This document shows positions 20,519-31,415 of a stretch of DNA of 58,561 bases, one piece after another. Source of the DNA: Lachnoclostridium sp. (GTDB taxonomy: Bacteria > Bacillota > Clostridia > Lachnospirales > Lachnospiraceae). A program made the translations under genes and the position numbers. The notes below the pieces were generated by a model. That model was not told the origin of the DNA and did no database searches. It saw only the letters and a list, made by a program, of their open reading frames with translations. Each line of letters begins with the position of its first letter. The stretch's first letter is position 1. The stretch lies in NCBI RefSeq assembly GCF_031984325.1, contig NZ_DALZAJ010000002.1; one strand, 5' to 3'.

Positions 20519-23500
20519 TTATTCCTTCTCTTTCGAAACTTCTAGTTTCTGAAAACTCTGTATGATTGTTTTTGCTGCAAGATATAACGTTTCGGTATCA
20601 TATCTGTTTTCTGTTGCATCCGGTGTTAATGAATTATCCTTAACCTTTTCCGAGGCAGATTCTAACTGTGCTTCCCTATAAAACTTCCCGCTCTTATAAA
20701 GATAACCCTGCGCAGTTTTTGACTTTATTCCAATGTTTATCGAAGCAATCGAAATGTCCTGATTTTTTAATGCTTCAAGCAAGATTTCCTGATTCTCTTT
20801 CAAGTTTTCTAAAGCAGCTTTATCCTCTACTGTGATAAAGCATTTCGCAGTTTCATCGCTTGCATATAGCTCCGCTTGTACCGTTCCAAACGTATTTGAC
20901 GGATAAGATATGTACACCTTTCCCTCATTCGTTGTCCCATGGATTACCGTTAAATTGATATTGGTAATAGAATCTTCTGTTATTAATGGAATATTATAAT
21001 GTTCTTTTTTATTTAAGCCTTGATTTAACCGAATCATAGATTTTAACTGCTTTATCTCTAATACCTGATTTGCAGTAACATCTGGTTCTATAAGAACCTC
21101 ATCGGAAGCTACCGAAAGAGAATGGTAAAACTCCTCTAACGAAGAAATAAGTTTCTCTTTGTTATCGATGCAATCAATAGGATCTTTCTTTAACTCTTCT
21201 ATGCTTTTCTTTTGAAGTAGCCTAGATGCATTTTTGTAAATACTATCATTCTGGCTTAAAAGTTCTTTTGTAGCAACAATATTATGAATACTATTTGACA
21301 ACCCATAATCTTTTAGGAAACGTAACTCATCACTGCTGTTGTTGGATATTTCTCGTATTTGTTCTAATCGGTCACTCTCATACAAATCGGCCTTTTGAAG
21401 TAGATCCTTCTTGTTAAGGGATTCCTCCATAAATTTCTCAGACTCTAGACTATTCTGTGTCTTATTTTGAGAGTCCTGCCCATTCACTTTCGATAGTTTT
21501 TCTGATAGTTCCTCTAAGGTACTATCATAGACAGATGTATTCGACATGGACATTACTTCCTTTAATGCACTTGGAGTAATCTCTTTTTGAATTTCCCGAA
21601 CCAACTTTTCTCCATAGAAAGCAGCATCAATCTGTGCGGTTATCGAATTACTATACCCTGCCCCTTTTGTTAGCTTTCCAAAATCATCATCAATCCGTTC
21701 ATCCATCGAACCATGCTTTGAGGAACGAACTGCTGTTAATAAATTTTTAAGGTTCAACTCCCCTCCCGCCTTAACAATTGCACCAATTGCAGCGCCATCG
21801 GACTTCTGTATCTGATGAAGTAGACGATAGATTCCAATGTATGATTCACGCTCTGGCGGGCTAATTTCTCCATTTGCCTCAAGTTCTACTAAAAACTTTG
21901 CAAACCCATCGGTACTGTCTGTTCCATTGTCTTTTAAATGTTCCTTTAATGTGCTAGATAACTCATCAAGGTTCATAGTTAGAGGGTTAACCCCATCTTT
22001 AATTAAGGAGGCTGTAACAGATGGTTTTAAGCCTTCTATTACTTCTGACACTTTAGCATCATATGCCTTCATAGCTAAGACGTTATCCTGTGTAATTTCT
22101 ATGTTGTTATATCCTAGAATACGAACAGCTCTCTGATTCGCAGTTGTAGTATCAAGTTGTATCTCTTTTAAAAGAGAATCTACAGATCCAAATGCTTTTT
22201 TAATGGAATCCCCCATATCTGCGCGTGGTGAAGTCATTAAATGTTCATAGGCTTCCTTTGCATTTTTTAACTGATCACTCTCTAACGTACTAGTGTCATA
22301 TAACCGACTAAGCGACACCTGTTGTCTGATTGTAAAGGTGGAACTAAGAACGGTTGCAGACGACTGCTTTAATGTATCCACTGTTGATACTGTCTGCTTT
22401 AACAAATCTATTTGGGACCTAGCATCTATACCAACTTCTTGTCCGAGTTTTTCATAATATTCCTCTTCCAGTTGTTTTAATCCCTCAACAACTTTTGCTA
22501 TACTCTCTGTTTCTAGAGAAATACCTTTCGCAGATAGCTTTAAGGAAGCTTCTACTGTAAGCTTTAGTCGTATTTCCTCTAACTGACGTTTCGCAGTGAT
22601 GGAGGCTATATCGCCTGTATCAGCATTCACCTTTAAGTTGTTTATTCCTTCAATATCACTTTTTATCTCACCATTTTGTACCTGCATAAGAAACTTTAGA
22701 CTTAGTTTATCAAGGCTTTGATTACTACCTTTCTCAATCCTTAAGTAGGCGGTAGCCTTATCTATCGTTTCTTCTGAGATTTGATGGATAGTTTCAATAA
22801 AATCCTTAAACTTATCCTCCTCTGTAGATAGGAGTACACCTTGCCTTGGATCTTTACCATCTTTTAATGCATTTACTGCACCGGTAAGTACCATGTTTTC
22901 TTGATCTTCTGGCTTAATCGAGGATAAATTCATTTTGTATCGTATATTATCACTTGTGACTGGTAAATTACGTTCAAATAGCCACTTTGCTTCTTGTAAA
23001 GACTCTTCCTCTACTGGAATATTTCCTTCTTTTAGAATCTGTTTAACTGCACCTTCTAGCTCACGAAAGGCTTCCTCATTTTCTTGTTTCCGTGCTATAT
23101 TCCCGCTATGCTCTGCTTTATAGATACTTTCAATGGTTGGCTTAAGGTTATGTTGTATCAGGTAAGCCATCGTGTTTTCACTTAGACCACTCCCTGAAGG
23201 TGCAATCTTCGATGAAGATGCAATCTTTAATGAAGATGCAATCTTCATTGCATTGACAATCTGCTCCACATTCTCTACTGTTACAGGCAAATCTGCATTT
23301 AATAAACGGTCAACAATCTGCTTTGCCATACCCTCATCAGGGATACATGCTCTTGCAATCTTTTCAGCCATCTCCCTGGTTCTTTTCATGATTTCTTTCT
23401 GAGCATCTAATGATTCTCCCCTTATTACCTTCTGTGTTTTAATTCGTTCTAAGGCTCGTGCGAGACGCTCTTGTTCAAAATCCTCGATTGAAAATCCTTC

Positions 23501-23947
23501 TTCTGATAATTCGTAATAATCTTCCTCGGTCATACAAGTAGCAGTCTGCTTAAGATCCTGCTCCTCATCTTTGACCGAAGTTTCTCCACTCATCTGTGTA
23601 GAAACCGTTCCTTTTCCTGCATCAACCTGAGTAAACAATAGAGTTACCTCTTTTTTGTTCTCCTGTTTCTCTGCACTTCCAACTTCCTTTAGCACAATAC
23701 CATTCTTCGATACATCCGTTATCTTAAATTTCCTAATCTCGCCTTCCTTGGCATTTGGGACTGTTTCTTTCGAGAACTTGCATTCTCGTCCACTAAAGTT
23801 GATGAAAATCTGATCTGAAACATCTAAGACTATGCCTTCTAATATCTGACCTACTTCATAAGTCGGCTGATTTGCACCTTCTTTGGAAATCGCTTCTATT
23901 TGATTTTTTTGTTGATTTCCAGTTGCATAAATCCCATTCATATTCAT
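20519..23947 (-). CDS. Large flagellum-associated protein (DUF6240-like; C-terminus FliK-like)
   Basis: ~1140 aa; recurring LPVTxEN-type motifs; C-terminal YNIPL..FGTVQAEL..LKNQDISIASIN resembles the FliK C-domain; co-oriented with fliC and fliS. Confidence 0.7.
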   Translation of the reverse strand: MNMNGIYATGNQQKNQIEAISKEGANQPTYEVGQILEGIVLDVSDQIFINFSGRECKFSKETVPNAKEGEIRKFKITDVSKNGIVLKEVGSAEKQENKKEVTLLFTQVDAGKGTVSTQMSGETSVKDEEQDLKQTATCMTEEDYYELSEEGFSIEDFEQERLARALERIKTQKVIRGESLDAQKEIMKRTREMAEKIARACIPDEGMAKQIVDRLLNADLPVTVENVEQIVNAMKIASSLKIASSSKIAPSGSGLSENTMAYLIQHNLKPTIESIYKAEHSGNIARKQENEEAFRELEGAVKQILKEGNIPVEEESLQEAKWLFERNLPVTSDNIRYKMNLSSIKPEDQENMVLTGAVNALKDGKDPRQGVLLSTEEDKFKDFIETIHQISEETIDKATAYLRIEKGSNQSLDKLSLKFLMQVQNGEIKSDIEGINNLKVNADTGDIASITAKRQLEEIRLKLTVEASLKLSAKGISLETESIAKVVEGLKQLEEEYYEKLGQEVGIDARSQIDLLKQTVSTVDTLKQSSATVLSSTFTIRQQVSLSRLYDTSTLESDQLKNAKEAYEHLMTSPRADMGDSIKKAFGSVDSLLKEIQLDTTTANQRAVRILGYNNIEITQDNVLAMKAYDAKVSEVIEGLKPSVTASLIKDGVNPLTMNLDELSSTLKEHLKDNGTDSTDGFAKFLVELEANGEISPPERESYIGIYRLLHQIQKSDGAAIGAIVKAGGELNLKNLLTAVRSSKHGSMDERIDDDFGKLTKGAGYSNSITAQIDAAFYGEKLVREIQKEITPSALKEVMSMSNTSVYDSTLEELSEKLSKVNGQDSQNKTQNSLESEKFMEESLNKKDLLQKADLYESDRLEQIREISNNSSDELRFLKDYGLSNSIHNIVATKELLSQNDSIYKNASRLLQKKSIEELKKDPIDCIDNKEKLISSLEEFYHSLSVASDEVLIEPDVTANQVLEIKQLKSMIRLNQGLNKKEHYNIPLITEDSITNINLTVIHGTTNEGKVYISYPSNTFGTVQAELYASDETAKCFITVEDKAALENLKENQEILLEALKNQDISIASINIGIKSKTAQGYLYKSGKFYREAQLESASEKVKDNSLTPDATENRYDTETLYLAAKTIIQSFQKLEVSKEKE
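23201..23246 (-). repeat. In-frame 18-bp tandem repeat (KIASSL-KIASSS-KIA)
   Basis: TGCAATCTT(C/T)(G/A)ATGAAGA units, about 2.5 copies. Confidence 0.75.
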
Positions 23948-24091
23948 GATTATTCCCCTTGCCCGCTTTAGCGGAATCAAAATCAGTAGTTGAAAGTGAT
24001 TTCTTTCAGTTGAAAGACATTATCTTTCAATACACTCTCACTTTACTTCGTTATAACGAAATACGTTAATATGCCTTCATTACTATCATGT

Positions 24092-24118
24092 ATTTCGGAT
24101 ATTTTTATAAAAACTTAA
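24092..24118 (-). promoter_or_regulatory. sigma28 (SigD/FliA)-type promoter
   Basis: TTAA-15 nt-TCCGAAAT upstream of the flagellar module (consensus TAAA-N15-GCCGATAT). Confidence 0.65.
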
Positions 24119-24380
24119 CTGGTTCGCTCAAAATTCCTAGAACTGGTTATGTAACCAAACTATTTTACATACATTAAACTATACGTTCTGCTTCGTGCTA
24201 AGCCTTAGGAATAAGATAAAAAATTTTACCGTTTCACTACACCTCCATAAATGGTATTAAATTGTAATAGATAATGTAAAAAAACTTCCACTAATCTTAA
24301 ACTTAGTAATGAATTTGTAGGATATACGAATTTGTGCTGTCGCCCAAATTCGAGGGATTGCGACAGAATGGAGGAGCTTT

Positions 24381-26144
24381 ATGAAAAAATTAAACAGATT
24401 ATTTGCCTTATTTCTAAGCCTTATTCTAGTCATAAGTCTGGTTGGATGTAAGGAAAAAACGCAAGAAGACATACAGAAAAGTTATCATACTTTTCTTGAT
24501 AAGTTATTTAAAGATCAGGTTACAAGTGACTCCCTATCACTTCATTACACTTTGGCAAACCCTGAAAACTACGGTATAAAAAATATCAAACCGACGCTGG
24601 GTACGTTTTCCATAGATCAGATGAAGAAGGATATAATTGATGCAGAAAACAACAGAAACAAATTACAAGAGTTTAATTACGATTGGCTTACGAAAGAAGA
24701 TCAGATTACTTATGAGATTCTAAATGACGTATTTTCCAAAAATCTTGCTATAGGTACTTACCCATATCTTGTAGAACAGCTTGGTCCAACGACTGGCCTG
24801 CAAGCGCAGTTACCAATTCTTTTTGCGGAATATGCCTTTTACTCGAAAGACGACATTACTACATATATTAAACTTCTGAATTGCGTAGATGATTATTTTA
24901 CATCCCTTGAAGAATTTGAGAAAGAAAAATCCCAAAAAGGTTATTTTATGACGGATGACATTGCGGATGACATAATCGCTCAGTGTCAAGATTTTATTAA
25001 AAGCCCTGAAGATAACTTCTTAATCACATCATTTAAGGAAAGAATGGAAATCATTCCAGATTTAACAGATAAGGAAAAAAGTGATTTTGAAGAGAAGAAT
25101 AAAGCTGCAATTTTAACTTCCGTGATTCCTGCCTATCATAGCTTAATTGATACATTGATTTCTTTAAAAGGTAGTTCAAAAAATGAAAACGGACTTTGCG
25201 GTTTCGAGGGCGGAAAAGAATATTATGAGTTAAAAGTTCAGTCATCCACTGGTTCATCAAAAACAATTCCAGAGATGAAAAGGAGCTTAAAAGCCTTACT
25301 AAACCGTTGCTTATCTACCATTACCACACTAAGTATCAAAGATCCAACCCTTTATGACCAATATATAAATATTACCTTCCCAGAAACAGAACCGAATGCT
25401 ACAATGGAGTACCTCGCGGCTCAAATTACTAAGGATTTTCCTGTTTTGGATAGCGTTAATTATACCGTAAAGTATGTTCCTGATTCCTTAGAAAATCATC
25501 TTAGTCCAGCAATGTACTTAGTACCACCGATTGACTTTTATACGGAAAATTGTATCTACATTAATGATAATCCAAACTTTGATATGACAAAGTTGTTCCC
25601 AACGATAGCACATGAAGGTTATCCAGGTCATCTCTATCAAAATGTGTATTTTAGGAAACTTAATAAACATCCAATACGTAGTGTTATTAATGTAACTGGT
25701 TACGATGAGGGCTGGGCTACCTATGTGGAATGCTATTCCTATGGTATAGCTGGACTAAGTCAGAATCTTTCTGACTTCCTAAAAGCAAATATGATAGCCG
25801 TACATTGCTTATACTCTCTAACAGATATCGGTATACACTATGAAGAATGGACGAAAGAGGAAACTATAGATTTTTGGAGTAATTACGTATCCTCTCCGGA
25901 AGATGCTGAGGGAATCTATAATTCCATTCTTGGTGAGCCAGGCATTTATCTTCCTTACTGTGTGGGCTATATTGAAATAATGGAGCTAAAAAGTCTAGCA
26001 AAATCCACATTGCAGGAGAATTTCCGTCTAAAAGATTTTCATACCTTCTTATTGGATTTTGGACCAGCGCCATATGATATCATAGAAAAATATTTAAAAA
26101 ACTGGCTGACAGAAAAAACTGGATCTAATTCTGAAAAAAAATAA
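24381..26144 (+). CDS. DUF885 family lipoprotein (putative zincin-like peptidase)
   Basis: Lipobox LVGC; AHEGYPGHLYQ, EGWATYVE, FHTFLLDFGPAP. Confidence 0.88.
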   Translation: MKKLNRLFALFLSLILVISLVGCKEKTQEDIQKSYHTFLDKLFKDQVTSDSLSLHYTLANPENYGIKNIKPTLGTFSIDQMKKDIIDAENNRNKLQEFNYDWLTKEDQITYEILNDVFSKNLAIGTYPYLVEQLGPTTGLQAQLPILFAEYAFYSKDDITTYIKLLNCVDDYFTSLEEFEKEKSQKGYFMTDDIADDIIAQCQDFIKSPEDNFLITSFKERMEIIPDLTDKEKSDFEEKNKAAILTSVIPAYHSLIDTLISLKGSSKNENGLCGFEGGKEYYELKVQSSTGSSKTIPEMKRSLKALLNRCLSTITTLSIKDPTLYDQYINITFPETEPNATMEYLAAQITKDFPVLDSVNYTVKYVPDSLENHLSPAMYLVPPIDFYTENCIYINDNPNFDMTKLFPTIAHEGYPGHLYQNVYFRKLNKHPIRSVINVTGYDEGWATYVECYSYGIAGLSQNLSDFLKANMIAVHCLYSLTDIGIHYEEWTKEETIDFWSNYVSSPEDAEGIYNSILGEPGIYLPYCVGYIEIMELKSLAKSTLQENFRLKDFHTFLLDFGPAPYDIIEKYLKNWLTEKTGSNSEKK

Positions 26145-26403
26145 AAATTTTTTACTCACCACTATAGCCCTAAATTATTTCTATAAAGAATAAGCAAATT
26201 GTACCGCTTCACGAAGCGGATACTCGGAACCCTCTTCGCTAAGAAGCGGGGGACATCTTCTGTAAGGCTATATTATAAGAACGTGAAAGCAAGAAATTTT
26301 TTGTGCTCCGTCATTCATTGTAGCACCAAAAAATTCTCTTGCTTTTACTATAACTCGTATCATGCAGTAATTAGCAGCTATCATCTCTTTGATATTTTCA
26401 AAT

Positions 26404-26571
26404 TTGTTGCATTTTTAACATAGCAAATACTAACTTTAGGCCTGTTTTTATGAATTTATTACATTAATTTTGTCTAATCTTATAAGTTTGTTAAATATTT
26501 GATATAAATATTGACATTTACATGCAATAAATCTATACTTAAATTGGTAGAAATTGATAATATCGTCACAA
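26404..26571 (+). promoter_or_regulatory. pckA sigmaA promoter with Rex-like boxes
   Basis: TTGACA(26511)-17 nt-TATACT(26534); imperfect TTGTTAA-N4-TTAACAA sites at 26404-26421 and 26554-26571. Confidence 0.6.
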
Positions 26572-26701
26572 GTGTTCCCGTTTTAAGGGTTTCCATATTG
26601 TTCGTTTGATCAATTTATTTTCTGCCAGTAGAAGCATTCTTTCGCTTCCGGTGAGCAGCAAATATATTAGATATATCATAATTCATAGGAGGAAATCAAT
26701 C

Positions 26702-28369
26702 ATGTCAACAAAAGCGTATTATAAGCGCGACGAAATCGGTGTTGGAAAACCAGGATTTACAAAAACTCGCTCAATTATTGAAGCCGCTTTTTATGGCAAC
26801 AATGTTGTGAAAGTCAACACCCTAAAGGAAGCCTACGAGCTTGCGAAAAATTCTCCTGGTACTGTGGTAACTGATATGCCAGTATACAGAGGAGAAGAAT
26901 TTGGTCTAGAGAAAGACTCAAAAGTGCTCTTATTTAATGACGGCTCTATTACAGGACGTTATGCTGCTGCAAGAAGAATCGCTGGTGAGCCAAATGTTGA
27001 TTGTGCGGAATTAGACAAAATCGTTATGGATGCCATTTATGATACAAGATGGGATACCATGTACCATGCAGAAGTTTACATAGGCTTAGATCCTGAATTT
27101 ATGGTAAAAGCCCATCTGCTAATTCCAGAAGGTGAAGAAAACATTATGTACTCCTGGATGTTAAACTTTCAATACATGTCAGATGAGTATGTAAGGATGT
27201 ACAAAAATTCAAAACCTATTGGTAACGAACCGGACATCTATATTTTCTCAAATCCGCAATGGACCGGAACCACTAATCCTAAGTATGATCCTAAGTGTTT
27301 ATGCTATTTTAACACTGCTGAAAACTGTGCTGCAATCTTAGGTATGAGATACTTTGGAGAACATAAAAAAGGAACTCTCACGATCGGATGGGCTGTTGCT
27401 AACCGAAATGGATATGCATCTTGCCATGGTGGTCAAAAAAGATACAACCTTCCGAATAGCAAATCTTATGTAGCATCAGTATTCGGTCTTTCTGGATCAG
27501 GAAAATCTACGATAACGCATGCGAAACATAATGGTAAGTATGACATAACCGTACTTCATGATGATGCATTTATTATCAATACAGAGACTGGATCCTCTAT
27601 CGCGATGGAGCCAACTTATTTTGATAAAACTGCTGACTACCCTACATACTGCGAAGATAATAAATATCTATTAACAGCTCAAAACTGCTCCGCTACCATT
27701 GATGAGGATGGTAAAGTAGTTTTGGTAACGGAGGATATCCGTAATGGTAATGGTCGTGCCATTAAATCAAAATTATGGTCACCGAACCGTGTTGATAAAA
27801 TAGAAGAGCCCGTAAATGCTATCTTCTGGATTATGAAAGATCCTACTATCCCTCCAATAGTAAAATTAAAAGGAGCTTCGCTTGCTTCTGTTATGGGAGC
27901 AACATTGGCAACAAAAAGATCAAATGCAGAAAGATTAGCAGAAGGTATTGACCCTAAAGCATTAGTAGTGGAACCATATGCTAACCCATTTAGAACTTAT
28001 CCTTTAGCAAATGATTATGATAAATTCAAAAAGTTAGTAGCTGAAAGAAACGTAGATTGTTACATTATCAATACTGGCGACTTCATGGGTAAAAAGGTAA
28101 AACCAGCAGATACACTTGGCGTTATAGAAGCAGTTGTCGAAGGTAAGGCTGATTTTAAACAATGGGGGCCTTTTGAAGATATTGAAATCTTTGAGTGGAA
28201 CGGATTTATTCCAAATCTAGATGACCCAGAATATAAAGATCAGTTAAAAGCTAGAATGCTAGACCGTGTTAAATTTGTTGAGAGTAGAGAAAGCATGAAA
28301 GGCGGATATGATAAACTTCCAGAAGATGCTCTTTTAGCTCTTAAGAAGATAGTATCTGAGTTAAACTAA
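26702..28369 (+). CDS. pckA: Phosphoenolpyruvate carboxykinase (ATP), divergent clostridial type
   Basis: YFGEHKKG, SCHGG, FGLSGSGKST, LHDD; ATG 26702 after AGGAGG. Confidence 0.88.
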   Translation: MSTKAYYKRDEIGVGKPGFTKTRSIIEAAFYGNNVVKVNTLKEAYELAKNSPGTVVTDMPVYRGEEFGLEKDSKVLLFNDGSITGRYAAARRIAGEPNVDCAELDKIVMDAIYDTRWDTMYHAEVYIGLDPEFMVKAHLLIPEGEENIMYSWMLNFQYMSDEYVRMYKNSKPIGNEPDIYIFSNPQWTGTTNPKYDPKCLCYFNTAENCAAILGMRYFGEHKKGTLTIGWAVANRNGYASCHGGQKRYNLPNSKSYVASVFGLSGSGKSTITHAKHNGKYDITVLHDDAFIINTETGSSIAMEPTYFDKTADYPTYCEDNKYLLTAQNCSATIDEDGKVVLVTEDIRNGNGRAIKSKLWSPNRVDKIEEPVNAIFWIMKDPTIPPIVKLKGASLASVMGATLATKRSNAERLAEGIDPKALVVEPYANPFRTYPLANDYDKFKKLVAERNVDCYIINTGDFMGKKVKPADTLGVIEAVVEGKADFKQWGPFEDIEIFEWNGFIPNLDDPEYKDQLKARMLDRVKFVESRESMKGGYDKLPEDALLALKKIVSELN

Positions 28370-28735
28370 AGGTTATTATTCTATTTTTCATCCACTATAG
28401 ATACAAAGATTGTGCGATGATTAGCGCACAACAACGGCACGCTATCCTTATTGTGGTAGCGTGCTATTTGTTGTATTTTTTTATTGTAAAATATGGCTTG
28501 TTTTGCCCTATTTCTCCCCGCTTATGAAGTCGACAAAACGATACAAGAAAGAGCAAGATTACAATATCGATTAATCCCTGTAATGTGCTAATATACAAGT
28601 AGGGTAATAGAAAGTTATATCCGAGAAACGGTTTTAATCTTCTATTGCCTATTTGTTGGAACAGGATTTGTTCCGATAATCAGATTAGCGGTGCAAAAAA
28701 CGCACTTGTTATCTAAATCTTTAAAGGAGGCATGT

Positions 28736-31129
28736 ATGCAATACGGACATTTTGATCAAGAAAAAAAAGAGTATGTCATCGACCGCGTTGACCTTCCAAC
28801 CTCATGGACCAATTATCTAGGGGTTAAAGACACTTGTGTGGTTGTAAATCAAACCGCAGGTGGCTACATGTTTTATAAATCACCAGAATACCACCGTGTT
28901 ACAAGATTTCGCGGAAATAGTGTACCAATGGATCGCCCAGGGCATTATGTATACCTTAGGGACAATGAGACGAAGGATTACTGGAGTGTTTCATGGCAAC
29001 CAGTAGGTAAGCCATTAGATGAAGCTAAGTATACCTGCCGTCATGGAATGTCCTACTCCGTCTACGAATGTGATTATCAAAAATTAAAGGCGACACAAAC
29101 ACTTGTTGTACCAATCGATGAAGATGTGGAACTTTGGGATGTAACAGTTACGAATAACGATTCCAAACCAAGAAATATTAGCCTATTTACATATTGTGAA
29201 TTTTCTTTTCATCATATTATGATAGATAATCAGAACTTCCAAATGAGCCTTTACTGTGCTGGTTCTTCCTATGAAGATGGCATTATAGAGCATGACTTAT
29301 TCTATGAAGAATTTGGTTATCAATACTTTACCTCAACCTTAGCACCAGATGGTTATGAATGTCTCCGTGATAAATTCCTTGGTCTTTATCATACAGAAAC
29401 TAATCCAATCGGAGTTATGAATGGTGAATTAAGTGGTAGTACCGAACTTGGAAATAATCACTGTGGTTCTCTTCAACATAATTTTGTTATTCAGCCAAAC
29501 GAAACAATACGAATTGTTTATATGTTAGGTGAAGGGAATCGTAGTGCTGGCAAGCGTATTCGCGAAAAATATAGTAATTTATCCGCAGTCGATCAAGTTT
29601 ATCATGACTTAAAGACTTTCTGGAATGAAAAACAAAGTAAATTACAGATTCAAACTCCAAATGAGGGAATGAATACTTTAATTAATACATGGACTTTATA
29701 CCAAGCTGAAATTAATGTTATGTTCTCTCGCTTTGCTTCCTTTATTGAAGTTGGTGGAAGAACAGGTCTTGGATACCGAGATACTGCACAAGATTCCATG
29801 ACAATACCTCATTCTAATCCAGAAAAATGTAAACAGCGTATTCGTGAGTTAATGCAAGGTCTTGTGTCCGATGGTTATGGACTTCACTTATTCCAACCAG
29901 AATGGTTTGTGAAAGATGAAGATAAAAAACCTTTCAAATCACCAACCGTAGTTCCATCTCCGGATAAAAACAGCATCGTTCATGGTATCAAAGATGCTTG
30001 CTCTGATGATGCATTATGGCTCGTATCCTCTGTTGTAGAATACATAAAAGAGACCGGAGAATTTGAATTAGCAGACGAAGTGATTACTTACGCAGATGGT
30101 GGTGAGGGGACTGTATATGAACATCTAACCAAAATCTTAGATTTTTCTTCAAAGCAAGTTGGAGCAACCGGTATCTGCAAAGGACTTCGCGCCGATTGGA
30201 ACGACTGTCTAAACCTTGGTGGTGGAGAAAGTGCAATGGTTTCTTTCTTACACTACTGGGCTCTTAATAATTTTATCTCTCTTGCGAAATTTTTAAATCG
30301 TGAAGAGGATGTACAAAAATACACGGCTTTAGCTGATCATGTCAAAGAAGTATGTAACAAAGAACTATGGGATCAGGAATGGTTCATCCGTGGTATAACG
30401 AAAAACGGTAAAAAAATTGGTACAATAAATGATAAAGAAGGTAAGATTCACTTAGAATCTAACTCTTGGGCTGTATTATCCGGTGCTGCTACCAATGAAA
30501 AAGGCCTCAAAGCTATGGATAGTGTATATCAGCATTTATATACTCCATATGGAATTTTACTAAATGCACCTTCCTATACAGTGCCAGATGATGATATTGG
30601 TTTTGTAACTCGTGTTTATCCTGGCTTAAAAGAAAATGGAGCAATTTTTAGTCACCCAAATCCATGGGCATGGGCAGCAGAGTGTGAACTTGGTCGTGGT
30701 GACAGAGCAATGGAATTTTATAATGCACTTTGCCCATATTATCAAAATGATAAAATCGAGATTCGTGAAGCAGAACCATATTCTTATTGCCAATTTATTA
30801 TGGGTAGGGATCACACTGCTTTCGGCCGTGCAAGACACCCATTTATGACTGGGACCGGCGGTTGGGCATATTTTAGTGCCACTAGATATATGCTCGGTAT
30901 TAAGCCTCAATTTGACTATTTAGAGATTAATCCTTGCATTCCAGGCTCATGGGACAGCTTTCATGTAACCAGAGAATGGAGAGGTGCAGTCTATGAGATT
31001 GCTGTCGAAAATCCAGATGGAGTTATGAAGGGCGTTAAAGAAATCTATCTTGATGGAAAATTGGTAGAAAGACTTCCGGTTCAGGAGCCAAATACCACGC
31101 ACCATGTTCGTATTGTGATGGGAGTGTGA
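28736..31129 (+). CDS. GH94 glycoside phosphorylase (chitobiose/cellodextrin phosphorylase clade)
   Basis: WTNYLG, GRTGLGYRDTAQD, SDDALWL, ADWNDCLNLG catalytic Asp, KENGAIFSH; ATG 28736 after AAGGAGG. Confidence 0.93.
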   Translation: MQYGHFDQEKKEYVIDRVDLPTSWTNYLGVKDTCVVVNQTAGGYMFYKSPEYHRVTRFRGNSVPMDRPGHYVYLRDNETKDYWSVSWQPVGKPLDEAKYTCRHGMSYSVYECDYQKLKATQTLVVPIDEDVELWDVTVTNNDSKPRNISLFTYCEFSFHHIMIDNQNFQMSLYCAGSSYEDGIIEHDLFYEEFGYQYFTSTLAPDGYECLRDKFLGLYHTETNPIGVMNGELSGSTELGNNHCGSLQHNFVIQPNETIRIVYMLGEGNRSAGKRIREKYSNLSAVDQVYHDLKTFWNEKQSKLQIQTPNEGMNTLINTWTLYQAEINVMFSRFASFIEVGGRTGLGYRDTAQDSMTIPHSNPEKCKQRIRELMQGLVSDGYGLHLFQPEWFVKDEDKKPFKSPTVVPSPDKNSIVHGIKDACSDDALWLVSSVVEYIKETGEFELADEVITYADGGEGTVYEHLTKILDFSSKQVGATGICKGLRADWNDCLNLGGGESAMVSFLHYWALNNFISLAKFLNREEDVQKYTALADHVKEVCNKELWDQEWFIRGITKNGKKIGTINDKEGKIHLESNSWAVLSGAATNEKGLKAMDSVYQHLYTPYGILLNAPSYTVPDDDIGFVTRVYPGLKENGAIFSHPNPWAWAAECELGRGDRAMEFYNALCPYYQNDKIEIREAEPYSYCQFIMGRDHTAFGRARHPFMTGTGGWAYFSATRYMLGIKPQFDYLEINPCIPGSWDSFHVTREWRGAVYEIAVENPDGVMKGVKEIYLDGKLVERLPVQEPNTTHHVRIVMGV

Positions 31130-31216
31130 AAGAACAAAGTTCTTTCACACAGAAGTTTGTGCCTGCGTAATCCTCGGCACAAACTTCTGGCCTACTAAAA
31201 CAAACATGATTTAAAA

Positions 31217-31328
31217 TGTGAAGAGAATTTCTAAAGCGCCAAAAATGTTGCAAGAAATTCTAAAACTTCACACTGGTCACGCATTGTTGAATCGCCTTTG
31301 GGGGCATGTTTCATGTGTAAAAACAAAA
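31217..31328 (+). repeat. ~115-bp structured intergenic repeat, copy 1
   Basis: TGTGAAGAGAATTTCTAA...AAGAAATTCTAAAACTTCACA...GCATTGTT..CGCCTTTGG..CATGTTT; matches the reverse complement of 51790-51908. Confidence 0.88.
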
Positions 31329-31415
31329 GTTTTTTAAAGTGGATTTAAATTCACTTTACTAGTATTGTGCCTGCGGCCTATCGTTTGCAGGCTAGGGAAA
31401 GGCATGGTTATAATT

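Noticed and set aside
26199..26423. 74-aa ORF over GC-rich hairpins after the DUF885 gene
   Set aside because: The region consists of stem-loops (CCGCTTC/GAAGCGG and a long hairpin at ~26283-26348) best explained as termination signals
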